Shown here: positions 9,204 through 17,003 of the stretch, one piece after another
How positions within the stretch are numbered: position 1 is the first letter of the stretch
Layout: every line of letters starts with the position of its first letter
Virus record (IMG/VR): IMGVR_UViG_3300025764_000004
Span: 1 to 64,000 of that record
Length of the DNA: 64,000 bases
DNA from: a virus
Reading direction: 5' to 3' (one strand)
Made by a program: the position numbers and the translations under genes
The notes under the pieces: generated by a model
Databases searched by the model: none
What the model was told of the DNA's origin: nothing
What the model saw: only the letters and a program-made list of their open reading frames with translations

Positions 9204-10113
9204 GCAACTTTATCGTGATCGTAATGTAGATTACCGTACTGAAGGGCATAAACACACAAGGCCTGGATGGGTGAATACAGAATGCCCTTGGTGCACAACA
9301 GACAATCCAGGATATCATTTAGGCTTTAACATTGACGGTAATTTCTACGTGTGCTGGAAATGCGGTTGGCACCCGATCGGACCTACAATTGCCAGATTGT
9401 TACATTTGCCTGAATCTGAAGTAAGAGGTATCATAAAGCAATATGGCATCTTAATCCCATCGCTCAAAAAAGAATCTATCAAGGTAGGAAGAAAACCAAT
9501 GCACCTTCCTTCGGAAACAGGCCCTTTAGGAATGAACCACAAAAAATATCTAATTAAACGAGGATTTGATCCTGAACAATTAGAGCATGACTGGGGTATT
9601 GTAGGAACTGGACCGTACAGTAAACTTGACAATATGGATTATAAACACAGAATTGTCATTCCTTTTATTTGGGATACGGTACAAGTTTCTTTCGATAGCC
9701 GAGACATTACAGGAAAGCATCCTTACAAGTACATGGCTTGCCCTGCTGAGCGAGAAAGGATCTCTCACAAAGACATTTTATATGGCAGACAATCAGAATG
9801 GATTGATACAGGTATTTGTGTGGAAGGTCCTACAGACGTTTGGCGATTTGGTGTTCATGCCTTTGCAACATCTGGTATCAAATATACACCAAAGCAGGTT
9901 CGAGTCATTGCTAAGAACTTTAAGAAAGTCTGGGTCGTGTTTGATAGTAATGAAAGCCAGGCTTTAATACAAGCAAAACAACTGGTTGCAGATTTGAAAT
10001 TTAGAGGGGTTAAAGCTGCTGCTTCATTTGTTTCTTATGGGGATCCTGGAAATTGTCCACAGGATTATGCTGACGGATTTGTCAGAGGTTTATTAACATC
10101 TAATTGGTTGTAA
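9187..10113 (+). CDS. DNA primase (Zn finger + TOPRIM)
   Basis: CPWC...CWKC; VEGPTD; VFDS, GDPG. Confidence 0.85.
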   Translation: MSLDIEQLYRDRNVDYRTEGHKHTRPGWVNTECPWCTTDNPGYHLGFNIDGNFYVCWKCGWHPIGPTIARLLHLPESEVRGIIKQYGILIPSLKKESIKVGRKPMHLPSETGPLGMNHKKYLIKRGFDPEQLEHDWGIVGTGPYSKLDNMDYKHRIVIPFIWDTVQVSFDSRDITGKHPYKYMACPAERERISHKDILYGRQSEWIDTGICVEGPTDVWRFGVHAFATSGIKYTPKQVRVIAKNFKKVWVVFDSNESQALIQAKQLVADLKFRGVKAAASFVSYGDPGNCPQDYADGFVRGLLTSNWL

Positions 10114-10115
10114 TT

Positions 10116-10322
10116 ATGAAAAAGTACATAGGCAAGAAAATTCTTATTGTAGGAAAATCTCATCCTCATTTCGGAGAAAAAGCTTTCGGCATTGAAACTG
10201 TAATGTATAATGAAAATGAAGAAGCTTTGATCTGTAAAAATCACCTAAACAAGACTTTTTATGTCTTTGATGAAGATGACTTAACCGATATCTTTGGGGA
10301 AAACAAGTTACATAATATCTAA
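10116..10322 (+). CDS. Hypothetical protein
   Basis: Track ORF 10104..10322, internal ATG. Confidence 0.55.
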   Translation: MKKYIGKKILIVGKSHPHFGEKAFGIETVMYNENEEALICKNHLNKTFYVFDEDDLTDIFGENKLHNI

Positions 10323-10334
10323 AACCTATTCAAA

Positions 10335-10544
10335 ATGATAAATCTATCAATTATCTGGTGGTTAAAAGTCAGTGTCGTATTAGTACTTGCTGGAGTTGCA
10401 CTTCTAACTATTTTCGTAATTTTCATTATTATTCTTTGTATTTTATTTCCGCCTAAAACCTGGGACGGTTCTGATCCTATTGTAAATCCTTATGATATAG
10501 AAGAGGAAGAAGATGAATCAGAGTACTGGAGTAATTTACAATGA
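10335..10544 (+). CDS. Small membrane protein with acidic tail
   Basis: Long hydrophobic stretch. Confidence 0.6.
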   Translation: MINLSIIWWLKVSVVLVLAGVALLTIFVIFIIILCILFPPKTWDGSDPIVNPYDIEEEEDESEYWSNLQ

Positions 10545-10782
10545 AAAATAATTAATTGTGATTATGTTGTTAAACATTTAATCAGGCATTGCAAATCTAA
10601 TTTATATTTTATTACTTTGTACTCAATGTTGTTTTAAATAGCCATCACAATGAAAACTGAATTAAACATTCTGATTTTAAAATATTGCCTCAATTGGCAT
10701 AAATTATACTCCTTAGGTTTTCGTGATGGCTTTCCTATAGGAGTATTTTTATGACTGGTTGGGGCATTTTAACTTTTTAGCT

Positions 10783-11586
10783 ATGGGACGAAATGATCAA
10801 CTCAAAACACTTTCTAGAAGAGCATATTCTGGAAATGGATTTTTAATGGTTAGTAAAGTTTTGATAAAATCATTAGGCTTGGTAGAAGCTGCTGTTTTGG
10901 CAAATTATATAGATAAAGATTCTTACTGGGCACAAAAAGATGAAAAATATAATGATTGGTTTTATTTAAAGAATGCTGATCAAATAAATGCTTTAAACCT
11001 TAGTGAAAATTCCATTAAATTGACAAAAAGAAAATTAATGGAATTAAATATTTTAGCATCAAAAATGAATGGAATTCCTGCTTTAGAGTATTTTAATATT
11101 GATTATGACCAATTAAATACACTATTAGAAAATAATCTCCCAGGCAACGAGGTTCTTAGTCGGCTAGGAAACGAGATTCTTAGTCACCTAAATATAAATA
11201 ACAAAGTAAAAAAATTAATAAAAAAAGATTTTCCATTCATAGATATGTTTCCCAAGGAATGGCAAAACAACCTAACTTTCCAAAATACAGTAGAGGATTT
11301 CCTTCAACATAGAAAAGAAATACACAAACGTCCAACTCAACTAGCCATGGAAAAGTTAGCTATGAAATTAAAAGTACACCAAATGCAAACGGTCATTGAA
11401 GCATTTAATACTTCCATAGAAAGTGGATGGGCTGGTGTTTTTCCAGAAGCAATAAAAAACAATAATGAGGAATTCAAAGTAAGTAAATACCGGCCTGAGT
11501 TCAAATATGATGGAAGTATCAAATATACACTTAATCCTAAAAACGGGGAATACTACCATGCAAATGGTAATAAATACATAGATTAA
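10783..11586 (+). CDS. Phage replication initiator-like protein (wHTH N-term, DnaD/O-like C-term)
   Basis: LIKSLGLVEAAVLA N-term; FLQHRKEIHK...SIESGWAGVF C-term; internal tandem repeat; precedes the helicase. Confidence 0.65.
   Translation: MGRNDQLKTLSRRAYSGNGFLMVSKVLIKSLGLVEAAVLANYIDKDSYWAQKDEKYNDWFYLKNADQINALNLSENSIKLTKRKLMELNILASKMNGIPALEYFNIDYDQLNTLLENNLPGNEVLSRLGNEILSHLNINNKVKKLIKKDFPFIDMFPKEWQNNLTFQNTVEDFLQHRKEIHKRPTQLAMEKLAMKLKVHQMQTVIEAFNTSIESGWAGVFPEAIKNNNEEFKVSKYRPEFKYDGSIKYTLNPKNGEYYHANGNKYID
11142..11185 (+). repeat. Iteron-like tandem repeat inside the initiator gene (candidate origin)
   Basis: AGGCAACGAGGTTCTTAGTC and AGGAAACGAGATTCTTAGTC at 24-bp period, followed by an A/T tract. 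Confidence 0.5.
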
Positions 11587-11587
11587 A

Positions 11588-12829
11588 ATGATTGAGCGTA
11601 AAATATTGATTGGTATTGTTACCAGTACAGAGTACTGCAACCAGATTAAAGACATATTTGATTTAACCTTAATTGAGTCTGCGGCTGCGAAAAGAATGAT
11701 GTCGTGGATGTGGGATTTTTATAAAGAGAACAATGAAGCACCTAAACACGATGCAGTATTCTTATTCTGGAAACATGCAAAGCAATTGCCAAAAGATGTT
11801 GCTGAGGAGATTGAAGAAGAAATATTACCGTCTTTAGAAACAGAAAACGAAGCAGAGCCGTTCAATGTGTCTGCAATGGTTAAAGAAACCGAGAAATATT
11901 TCCAACAAAGAAAATTATCAGTATTAAGTGATAACATAAAAATATTAATTGAAAAAGATCAAGTAGAAGAAGCAGAAAAATTAGCCACAACATACAAGCC
12001 TTTTGAAACTGTTTCAAATAAAATAGATATTCACATTTTAAGTGCAACAGAGATAAGAGAACAAGAAATTGTAAAACCAATAACATTAATGTCACCGTGG
12101 TTGAAAGAAGGTCAAATGACAATCATTTATGGAAACTTTGGTAGTGGAAAATCATTATTGACAATTTTAGTTGCATACGTGTTAGGCTTAAGGGAGTATG
12201 ATGGAAAAGATTGTGAGATCAATAAATGGCAAGTGAAAACTCCAACAGGAACGCTTTACATTGATGGTGAAATAGGACAGCAAGAAATGGAAGAACGTAT
12301 AAAACAATTTGAATGGTTAGGCAGACAGTCTGTCAAACATCAAATGAAAGTTCTATCTATACCAGAATACCAATTAGAGACACAAGACACGTTTAATATG
12401 GTACTAAGAATAAATCAACTTAAAATAATTCAATGGCTAAAATCGCATCAGGAATACAAATTAGTTGTATTAGATTCTGTTAGTACGTTGTTTGGATTAG
12501 TTGAGGAGAATGATAACAGCGAATGGAACAACAAAATCAATCCATTCTTAAAGGATTTAAGAGCGTTAGGTGTAGCCTGCTTACTTTTACATCATGCCGG
12601 TAAGGATGGGAAACGTGGCTTGAGAGGAGCGAGTGCAATGGGAGCAATGGCACACAACATCTTTAGATTATCGGATCATAGTAAAAAAGAAAAAGACGAT
12701 GGCGAAGCTTGGTTCATTTTAAGCAAAGATAAACAGAGGCAAGCTGGATTTGGTTTTCGTTCTTTTGGAATTCATTATATGCAGAATAAAGATAAAACAA
12801 AAACGTTCTGGGAAATAACAGATTATTAA
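11588..12829 (+). CDS. Replicative helicase (RecA/DnaB/RepA AAA_25-like)
   Basis: GNFGSGKS, YIDGE, VVLDS, LHHAGK, RGAS. Confidence 0.85.
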   Translation: MIERKILIGIVTSTEYCNQIKDIFDLTLIESAAAKRMMSWMWDFYKENNEAPKHDAVFLFWKHAKQLPKDVAEEIEEEILPSLETENEAEPFNVSAMVKETEKYFQQRKLSVLSDNIKILIEKDQVEEAEKLATTYKPFETVSNKIDIHILSATEIREQEIVKPITLMSPWLKEGQMTIIYGNFGSGKSLLTILVAYVLGLREYDGKDCEINKWQVKTPTGTLYIDGEIGQQEMEERIKQFEWLGRQSVKHQMKVLSIPEYQLETQDTFNMVLRINQLKIIQWLKSHQEYKLVVLDSVSTLFGLVEENDNSEWNNKINPFLKDLRALGVACLLLHHAGKDGKRGLRGASAMGAMAHNIFRLSDHSKKEKDDGEAWFILSKDKQRQAGFGFRSFGIHYMQNKDKTKTFWEITDY

Positions 12830-12833
12830 AAAT

Positions 12834-12924
12834 GCTGAGTTATCCTTATGTGGTAGAGGAATAGATCGTTGGAGTGTTTTCCCAAAGTGATCGAATGGGA
12901 TGGGTTCGAACCCCATACTCAGCT
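12834..12924 (+). tRNA. tRNA-like RNA / pseudo-tRNA with no assignable anticodon
   Basis: Acceptor GCTGAGT/ACTCAGC, D-stem TCCT/AGGA with GG, T-arm ATGGG-TTCGAAC-CCCAT; elongated irregular middle arm. Confidence 0.6.
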
Positions 12925-12930
12925 CAAGTT

Positions 12931-12986
12931 CATTCTAATTACGGAGTCTATTGTTTGGACAGGGGTTCGATTCCCCTCAGCTCCAC
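12931..12986 (+). ncRNA. ssrA: tmRNA acceptor piece (3' half, encoded first)
   Basis: GGAC-AGGGG-TTCGATT-CCCCT-CAGCTCC-AC; CTAATTAC and TATTGTT pair with the coding piece. Confidence 0.88.
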
Positions 12987-13116
12987 TCTTTCGCCAAGGA
13001 AGATGCTGTTGGATAGCTCCCAACTGATTTTAGGAGATTACGGGGTAGCCTAAAAAAGAATGACAAAAGTATTTGCAGGAGTTGCATTGACGTTTGTACT
13101 GCATTTGCCCGTCCAC

Positions 13117-13244
13117 GGGGCTGACTGGTTTTGACAACAATAAGGTGAGTAATTAGTGATTTAATTCACAAAGAATGTTCTGCCTACAACAGGCAATGAT
13201 TATCAAATGAAAATGGCTGCCTAAGAGGTTGTCAAATTCGAGCG
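13117..13244 (+). ncRNA. ssrA: tmRNA coding piece (5' half, encoded second); tag GNDYQMKMAA at 13192-13224
   Basis: GGGGCTGACTGGTTTTGAC 5' end; G3.U70 acceptor pairing; tag frame ending GCT GCC TAA. Confidence 0.88.
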
Positions 13245-13269
13245 TGGGCTGCTTTAAAAGCCCATTTTT
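13245..13269 (+). terminator. Terminator after the tmRNA coding piece
   Basis: TGGGCT/AGCCCA stem + T tract. Confidence 0.6.
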
Positions 13270-13467
13270 AAAAAGTATGCAAAAGAAAAATCAATATACT
13301 GATCTAGAAATACAATATGAATTATATCCATGTTTGTATTATTATTTCAACTTCACTACTAACTGGTTAATGAGTTATAGAGTTGCCATGAAGATTGAAT
13401 TAAACACAAACTTGATTTACTTGAATTAATGTTACACAACAGGAACCAAAAGGATTAAAAAGTAAAA

Positions 13468-13477
13468 TTGTATAATA
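13468..13477 (+). promoter_or_regulatory. TTGTATAATA motif (also at 15255 and 27523); candidate middle promoter
   Basis: Identical 10-mer upstream of three operon starts. Confidence 0.5.
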
Positions 13478-13493
13478 ACTAAAAAGCAAAATT

Positions 13494-13883
13494 ATGTATG
13501 TCATAAGGAAAGAATTTCAAGCTAGTTGTATGCACCATTTATTAGGATTGCCTGAGGATCACCCGTGCGGACGAGTTCATGGGCATAACTATGTTATAGT
13601 GGTTGAGTTAAGATCAGAGACTTTAAACAAAATTGGATTTGTCAAAGATTATGGGGAACTTAACGTTATCAAAGAGTGGATTGACAAAACAATGGATCAT
13701 AGAGCTTTAAATGATGTATTCTCATTCAATCCAACAGCGGAAAATCTTGCAAAGCATTTATATGAAAGATTTGTAATGTTACTCGGGACTGATGGTATGT
13801 TTTTAAATGCTGTTGAAGTATCAGAGACACCCAAAACAAATTCACGTTTTTATAAAACATATAATGAGCACACAACTGATTAA
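13494..13883 (+). CDS. queD: 6-carboxy-5,6,7,8-tetrahydropterin synthase
   Basis: CGRVHGHNY, DHRALN, NPTAENLA, VSET. Confidence 0.93.
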   Translation: MYVIRKEFQASCMHHLLGLPEDHPCGRVHGHNYVIVVELRSETLNKIGFVKDYGELNVIKEWIDKTMDHRALNDVFSFNPTAENLAKHLYERFVMLLGTDGMFLNAVEVSETPKTNSRFYKTYNEHTTD

Positions 13884-14619
13884 AGCATTTCCTGACTTTG
13901 TAAAAGAGGAGCCTTCAGATAGCTTTTTAAGAGTGTCTGAGTTCTTTTGCGACACAATTCAAGGGGAAGGAATACATATAGGACACCCGGCTACTTTCCT
14001 ACGTTTTCAGGGCTGTGAATTATATTGTATCTATTGTGACACTAAAGAAGTTTGGAGGCAAGGCAACCCGTATTCATTCGATGAATTGTACACAATTATG
14101 TCTTCTGAAGGGTTGCCTAATAAATTACTTCATGGACAACATTTAGTCATAACAGGAGGGAGTCCTTTGTTGCAACAAAATAGTCTGTATTGGTTCTTGA
14201 CAGGATTTATAGCAAAGTTTGGATTTAAACCTTATATTGAAGTAGAAAACGAATGTGTAATCCCACCTAATTTAGGCCTGCAAGGTTTAGTAGATTGCTG
14301 GAACAACTCTCCAAAATTAGCATCAAGCGGTGTTTCCTCTTTTATCAGAATTAAAAATGAAGTTCTGTATAAAATGTCAAATCTGCAAAATAGTTGGTTC
14401 AAGTTTGTTATAGGAAAAGATGACTGTTGGTGTGAGATAAACGATTTAATTGAAGCTGGATTGATTCGTAAAGAACAGGTTATACTTATGCCGGAAGGAG
14501 CTACTCGAGAAGAAATTGCAGAGCATAAAGAAGCGGTGTTAAATATGGCTATACAACATGGTGTAAGATATTCGGATCGTTTACATATTCAATTTTGGAA
14601 CAGAGAAATAGGTGTTTGA
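13864..14619 (+). CDS. queE: 7-carboxy-7-deazaguanine synthase (radical SAM)
   Basis: TIQGEG, FLRFQGCELYCIYCDT, ITGGSP, SPKL, RLH. Confidence 0.92.
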   Translation: MSTQLIKAFPDFVKEEPSDSFLRVSEFFCDTIQGEGIHIGHPATFLRFQGCELYCIYCDTKEVWRQGNPYSFDELYTIMSSEGLPNKLLHGQHLVITGGSPLLQQNSLYWFLTGFIAKFGFKPYIEVENECVIPPNLGLQGLVDCWNNSPKLASSGVSSFIRIKNEVLYKMSNLQNSWFKFVIGKDDCWCEINDLIEAGLIRKEQVILMPEGATREEIAEHKEAVLNMAIQHGVRYSDRLHIQFWNREIGV

Positions 14620-14690
14620 AAAAGATGTGTATTAGTTGGTTTAGTTAGATCAAGAAACCTGGAAGTTTCTTGTGAGTTCTTTCAGGCTTA

Positions 14691-14717
14691 CCTCCTGTCC
14701 TTCGGGCAGGGGGTTTT
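14691..14717 (+). terminator. Terminator-like hairpin
   Basis: CCTCCTGTC...GGCAGGGGG-TTTT. Confidence 0.6.
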
Positions 14718-14815
14718 GGCATCAAAAGAGATAGGTTATGAAAGATATAGATTTTGAACCATTTGATCTTATATGTTATCCCGAAGTAGTACCAGAATCA
14801 GAAAGAGAATAAGTT

Positions 14816-15022
14816 ATGAAAAAACAAAAAAGATTTGAAATTGGGGATTTTTTAAAAACAAGAATAACCGGCATGCACCCTGAAATTATAATTTCAGATG
14901 CACCTCCAACTAAATGGCAGATATTTTTCTACAAAGTAAATCCATTTAAAAGATTTTTCAATAATAAAGAACGAGAAAGAGTTTATAAATGGTATTTATC
15001 ATCAAAAGAAGGTCGTTTATGA
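14816..15022 (+). CDS. Hypothetical protein
   Basis: ORF track. Confidence 0.55.
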   Translation: MKKQKRFEIGDFLKTRITGMHPEIIISDAPPTKWQIFFYKVNPFKRFFNNKERERVYKWYLSSKEGRL

Positions 15023-15291
15023 ATCAAAAACAAAAAGATCAGTTAAGACTGGCAGCTTTACTCATACACGAAGCTGAAAGTATTATAAAAGATGTTAAAT
15101 CAGAAGAACAAAAATCTATTAACGATCTAAAAATAAATAAGGCTGTTGATTTAAACAGAACATCTGAAGAGGTAATAGCTGCTCTAGAAGATGCGGAATA
15201 CTCATTAAAAGATGTAACTTCCAACCTTTCTACGACACTTGTAGAAGATTTTATTTGTATAATAGGTGTAAGAAATGTTTTTTACAATTAA
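15019..15291 (+). CDS. Hypothetical coiled-coil protein (start MNQKQK)
   Basis: Track ORF 14989..15291, internal ATG. Confidence 0.6.
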   Translation: MNQKQKDQLRLAALLIHEAESIIKDVKSEEQKSINDLKINKAVDLNRTSEEVIAALEDAEYSLKDVTSNLSTTLVEDFICIIGVRNVFYN

Positions 15292-15323
15292 GAATTAATT
15301 CATTAATCATTAAAATTGTTATT

Positions 15324-16058
15324 ATGAAAGCAAAATTGAAAGACTTGCAAGTCGCTGCACAAGAATTGAATGCAATCGGGATCGACCCGGAAATTGATGC
15401 TGCATCTACGGATGTAGAAGTATTGTTTGCTGGAATCAAAGATTCTTTGAGTGTTATTGAAGACACAGACGAGTTCACAACAAAGACTCAATCTGTTATT
15501 GACGAGGTTACAGAAATTGTTGAAGCCGACAAAGTTCCTGAAGAAAAACCAAAACGTCAGGTGAAACCTGTTGCTGCTCCGGTTGTTGCTAAAAAAGAAG
15601 TGGTAGAAGAGGATGCAGAAACAACTCTTTATGACAAAGTAAAAGCTACCGCAAAGGTTGCTGATTTGAAAGCTATTGTTGAAGAAGAAGATGACTTCAA
15701 AAAGATCCGGAAAGCAATCGACACGTTCAAAAATCCATTTATCCTGAAACGTGCAATGTTGGACATTCTGGAAGAATCTGATCCGAAACTTGCTACAGGT
15801 GCTGCTGAAAAGAAAGCTGCAAAAACAGCAAAGAAAGAAGTAGATCCAAACGCTCCAAAGAAAAAGAATCCTTTTGTAAAGGTTGCCGGACAATTGTCTA
15901 ATCTGGAAGTTGCTGAGAAGCTGTTATCAGAAAAAGCTGATCCGAAAACCATCTATGCTACATTTACCAAAGTGTATGAAGGCAAAGCTGGAGCAGACGA
16001 AAAGTACATTAAAGGCCGAGCAGACATTTACATGAAAATTGCTGCAAAAGGTAAGTAA
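15324..16058 (+). CDS. Charged Lys/Ala/Glu-rich protein, C-terminus paralogous to 1747..2385
   Basis: YIKGRADIYMKIAAK; TTGTATAATA motif upstream and terminator downstream. Confidence 0.8.
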   Translation: MKAKLKDLQVAAQELNAIGIDPEIDAASTDVEVLFAGIKDSLSVIEDTDEFTTKTQSVIDEVTEIVEADKVPEEKPKRQVKPVAAPVVAKKEVVEEDAETTLYDKVKATAKVADLKAIVEEEDDFKKIRKAIDTFKNPFILKRAMLDILEESDPKLATGAAEKKAAKTAKKEVDPNAPKKKNPFVKVAGQLSNLEVAEKLLSEKADPKTIYATFTKVYEGKAGADEKYIKGRADIYMKIAAKGK

Positions 16059-16082
16059 CTAAGTATTGATTTAAGTATTTAT

Positions 16083-16120
16083 GAAGCCCAGAGTTTAATT
16101 GATTACTCTGGGCTTCTTTT
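16083..16120 (+). terminator. Intrinsic terminator
   Basis: GAAGCCCAGAGT/ACTCTGGGCTTC + TTTT. Confidence 0.8.
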
Positions 16121-16132
16121 AAACTTTTTATA

Positions 16133-16675
16133 ATGACACCAGAAGTACTAATTTATAAAATGCTCTTAGAAATTGGAGAGGATCCTGACAGAGAAGGATT
16201 GCTAGAAACTCCAAAACGAATTGTAAAATCCTGGAAAGAACTTTACGCAGGGTATAATCAAAATCCTGCAGACTTGTTTACTGTATTTGAAGCAGGAACA
16301 TACAATCAGATTGTACTTCTTAAGGATATTGAAGTTTATAGTCTTTGTGAACACCACGGTCTGCCGTTCTTTGGAAAAGCTCATGTTGCATACATACCAA
16401 ATGAAAAAGTTATAGGTATTTCCAAATTAGCACGTCTAGTAGATGTGTTTGCAAGGAGAATGCAAATTCAAGAACGAATCGGAGAACAAGTTACTTCTGC
16501 ATTAATGGAATATCTCCAACCAAAAGGTGCCGCTTGTATTATCCAAGCCTGTCATATGTGTATGAGAATGCGAGGAGTCAACAAACAACAATCTACAATG
16601 ATCACCTCTTCGATGAAAGGGGAATTTTTGACAAATTTATCAGCTAAACAAGAATTAATGTCAATAATAAAATGA
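16133..16675 (+). CDS. folE: GTP cyclohydrolase I
   Basis: REGLLETPKR, SLCEHH, GISKLAR, QIQER, HMCMRMRG. Confidence 0.96.
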   Translation: MTPEVLIYKMLLEIGEDPDREGLLETPKRIVKSWKELYAGYNQNPADLFTVFEAGTYNQIVLLKDIEVYSLCEHHGLPFFGKAHVAYIPNEKVIGISKLARLVDVFARRMQIQERIGEQVTSALMEYLQPKGAACIIQACHMCMRMRGVNKQQSTMITSSMKGEFLTNLSAKQELMSIIK

Positions 16676-17001
16676 AAAAATTTGTAACTATACGAACACA
16701 GTTTCCGGCCGTACATTGTTGGCCTGATTGTAATATCCCATCAGTAGGGTATCTTGTATTTCCACATCGTCATTTATTTGTTATAAAAATGAGTTGGGAA
16801 GTGTCAGATAATAATCGCCAAATAGAATTTATTTCTAAAAAACAAGATGTGAACAAATACATTGCAAAACATTTTTATGATAAAGATTTGCGTTCTATGT
16901 CTTGCGAAGACATTGCAGAAAAACTGCTAAACAGATTCAATGCTGACTCTATATCTGTATTTGAGGACGGGGAGAATGGTTGTGAGATATTTAAAGACTA
17001 A
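16672..17001 (+). CDS. dpdL: T-fold QueD paralog, DpdL-like (putative CDG decarboxylase)
   Basis: LxxxHRHxF (LVFPHRHLF), SCE and EDGENG motifs; context. Confidence 0.7.
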   Translation: MKKFVTIRTQFPAVHCWPDCNIPSVGYLVFPHRHLFVIKMSWEVSDNNRQIEFISKKQDVNKYIAKHFYDKDLRSMSCEDIAEKLLNRFNADSISVFEDGENGCEIFKD

Positions 17002-17003
17002 GA

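Noticed and set aside
12957-12986. tmRNA 3' end as an attP integration-site fragment
   Set aside because: The matching 5' half, complementary helices and an intact tag frame follow downstream, and no integrase is in the window.
13229-13429. Track ORF of 66 aa after the tmRNA
   Set aside because: TTG start overlapping the tmRNA tail and terminator; no recognisable protein features.
13494-16675. folE/queD/queE as auxiliary folate or tRNA-queuosine metabolism
   Set aside because: No queC/queF/queA or folate genes; linkage to dpdL- and dpdA-like genes favours DNA modification.
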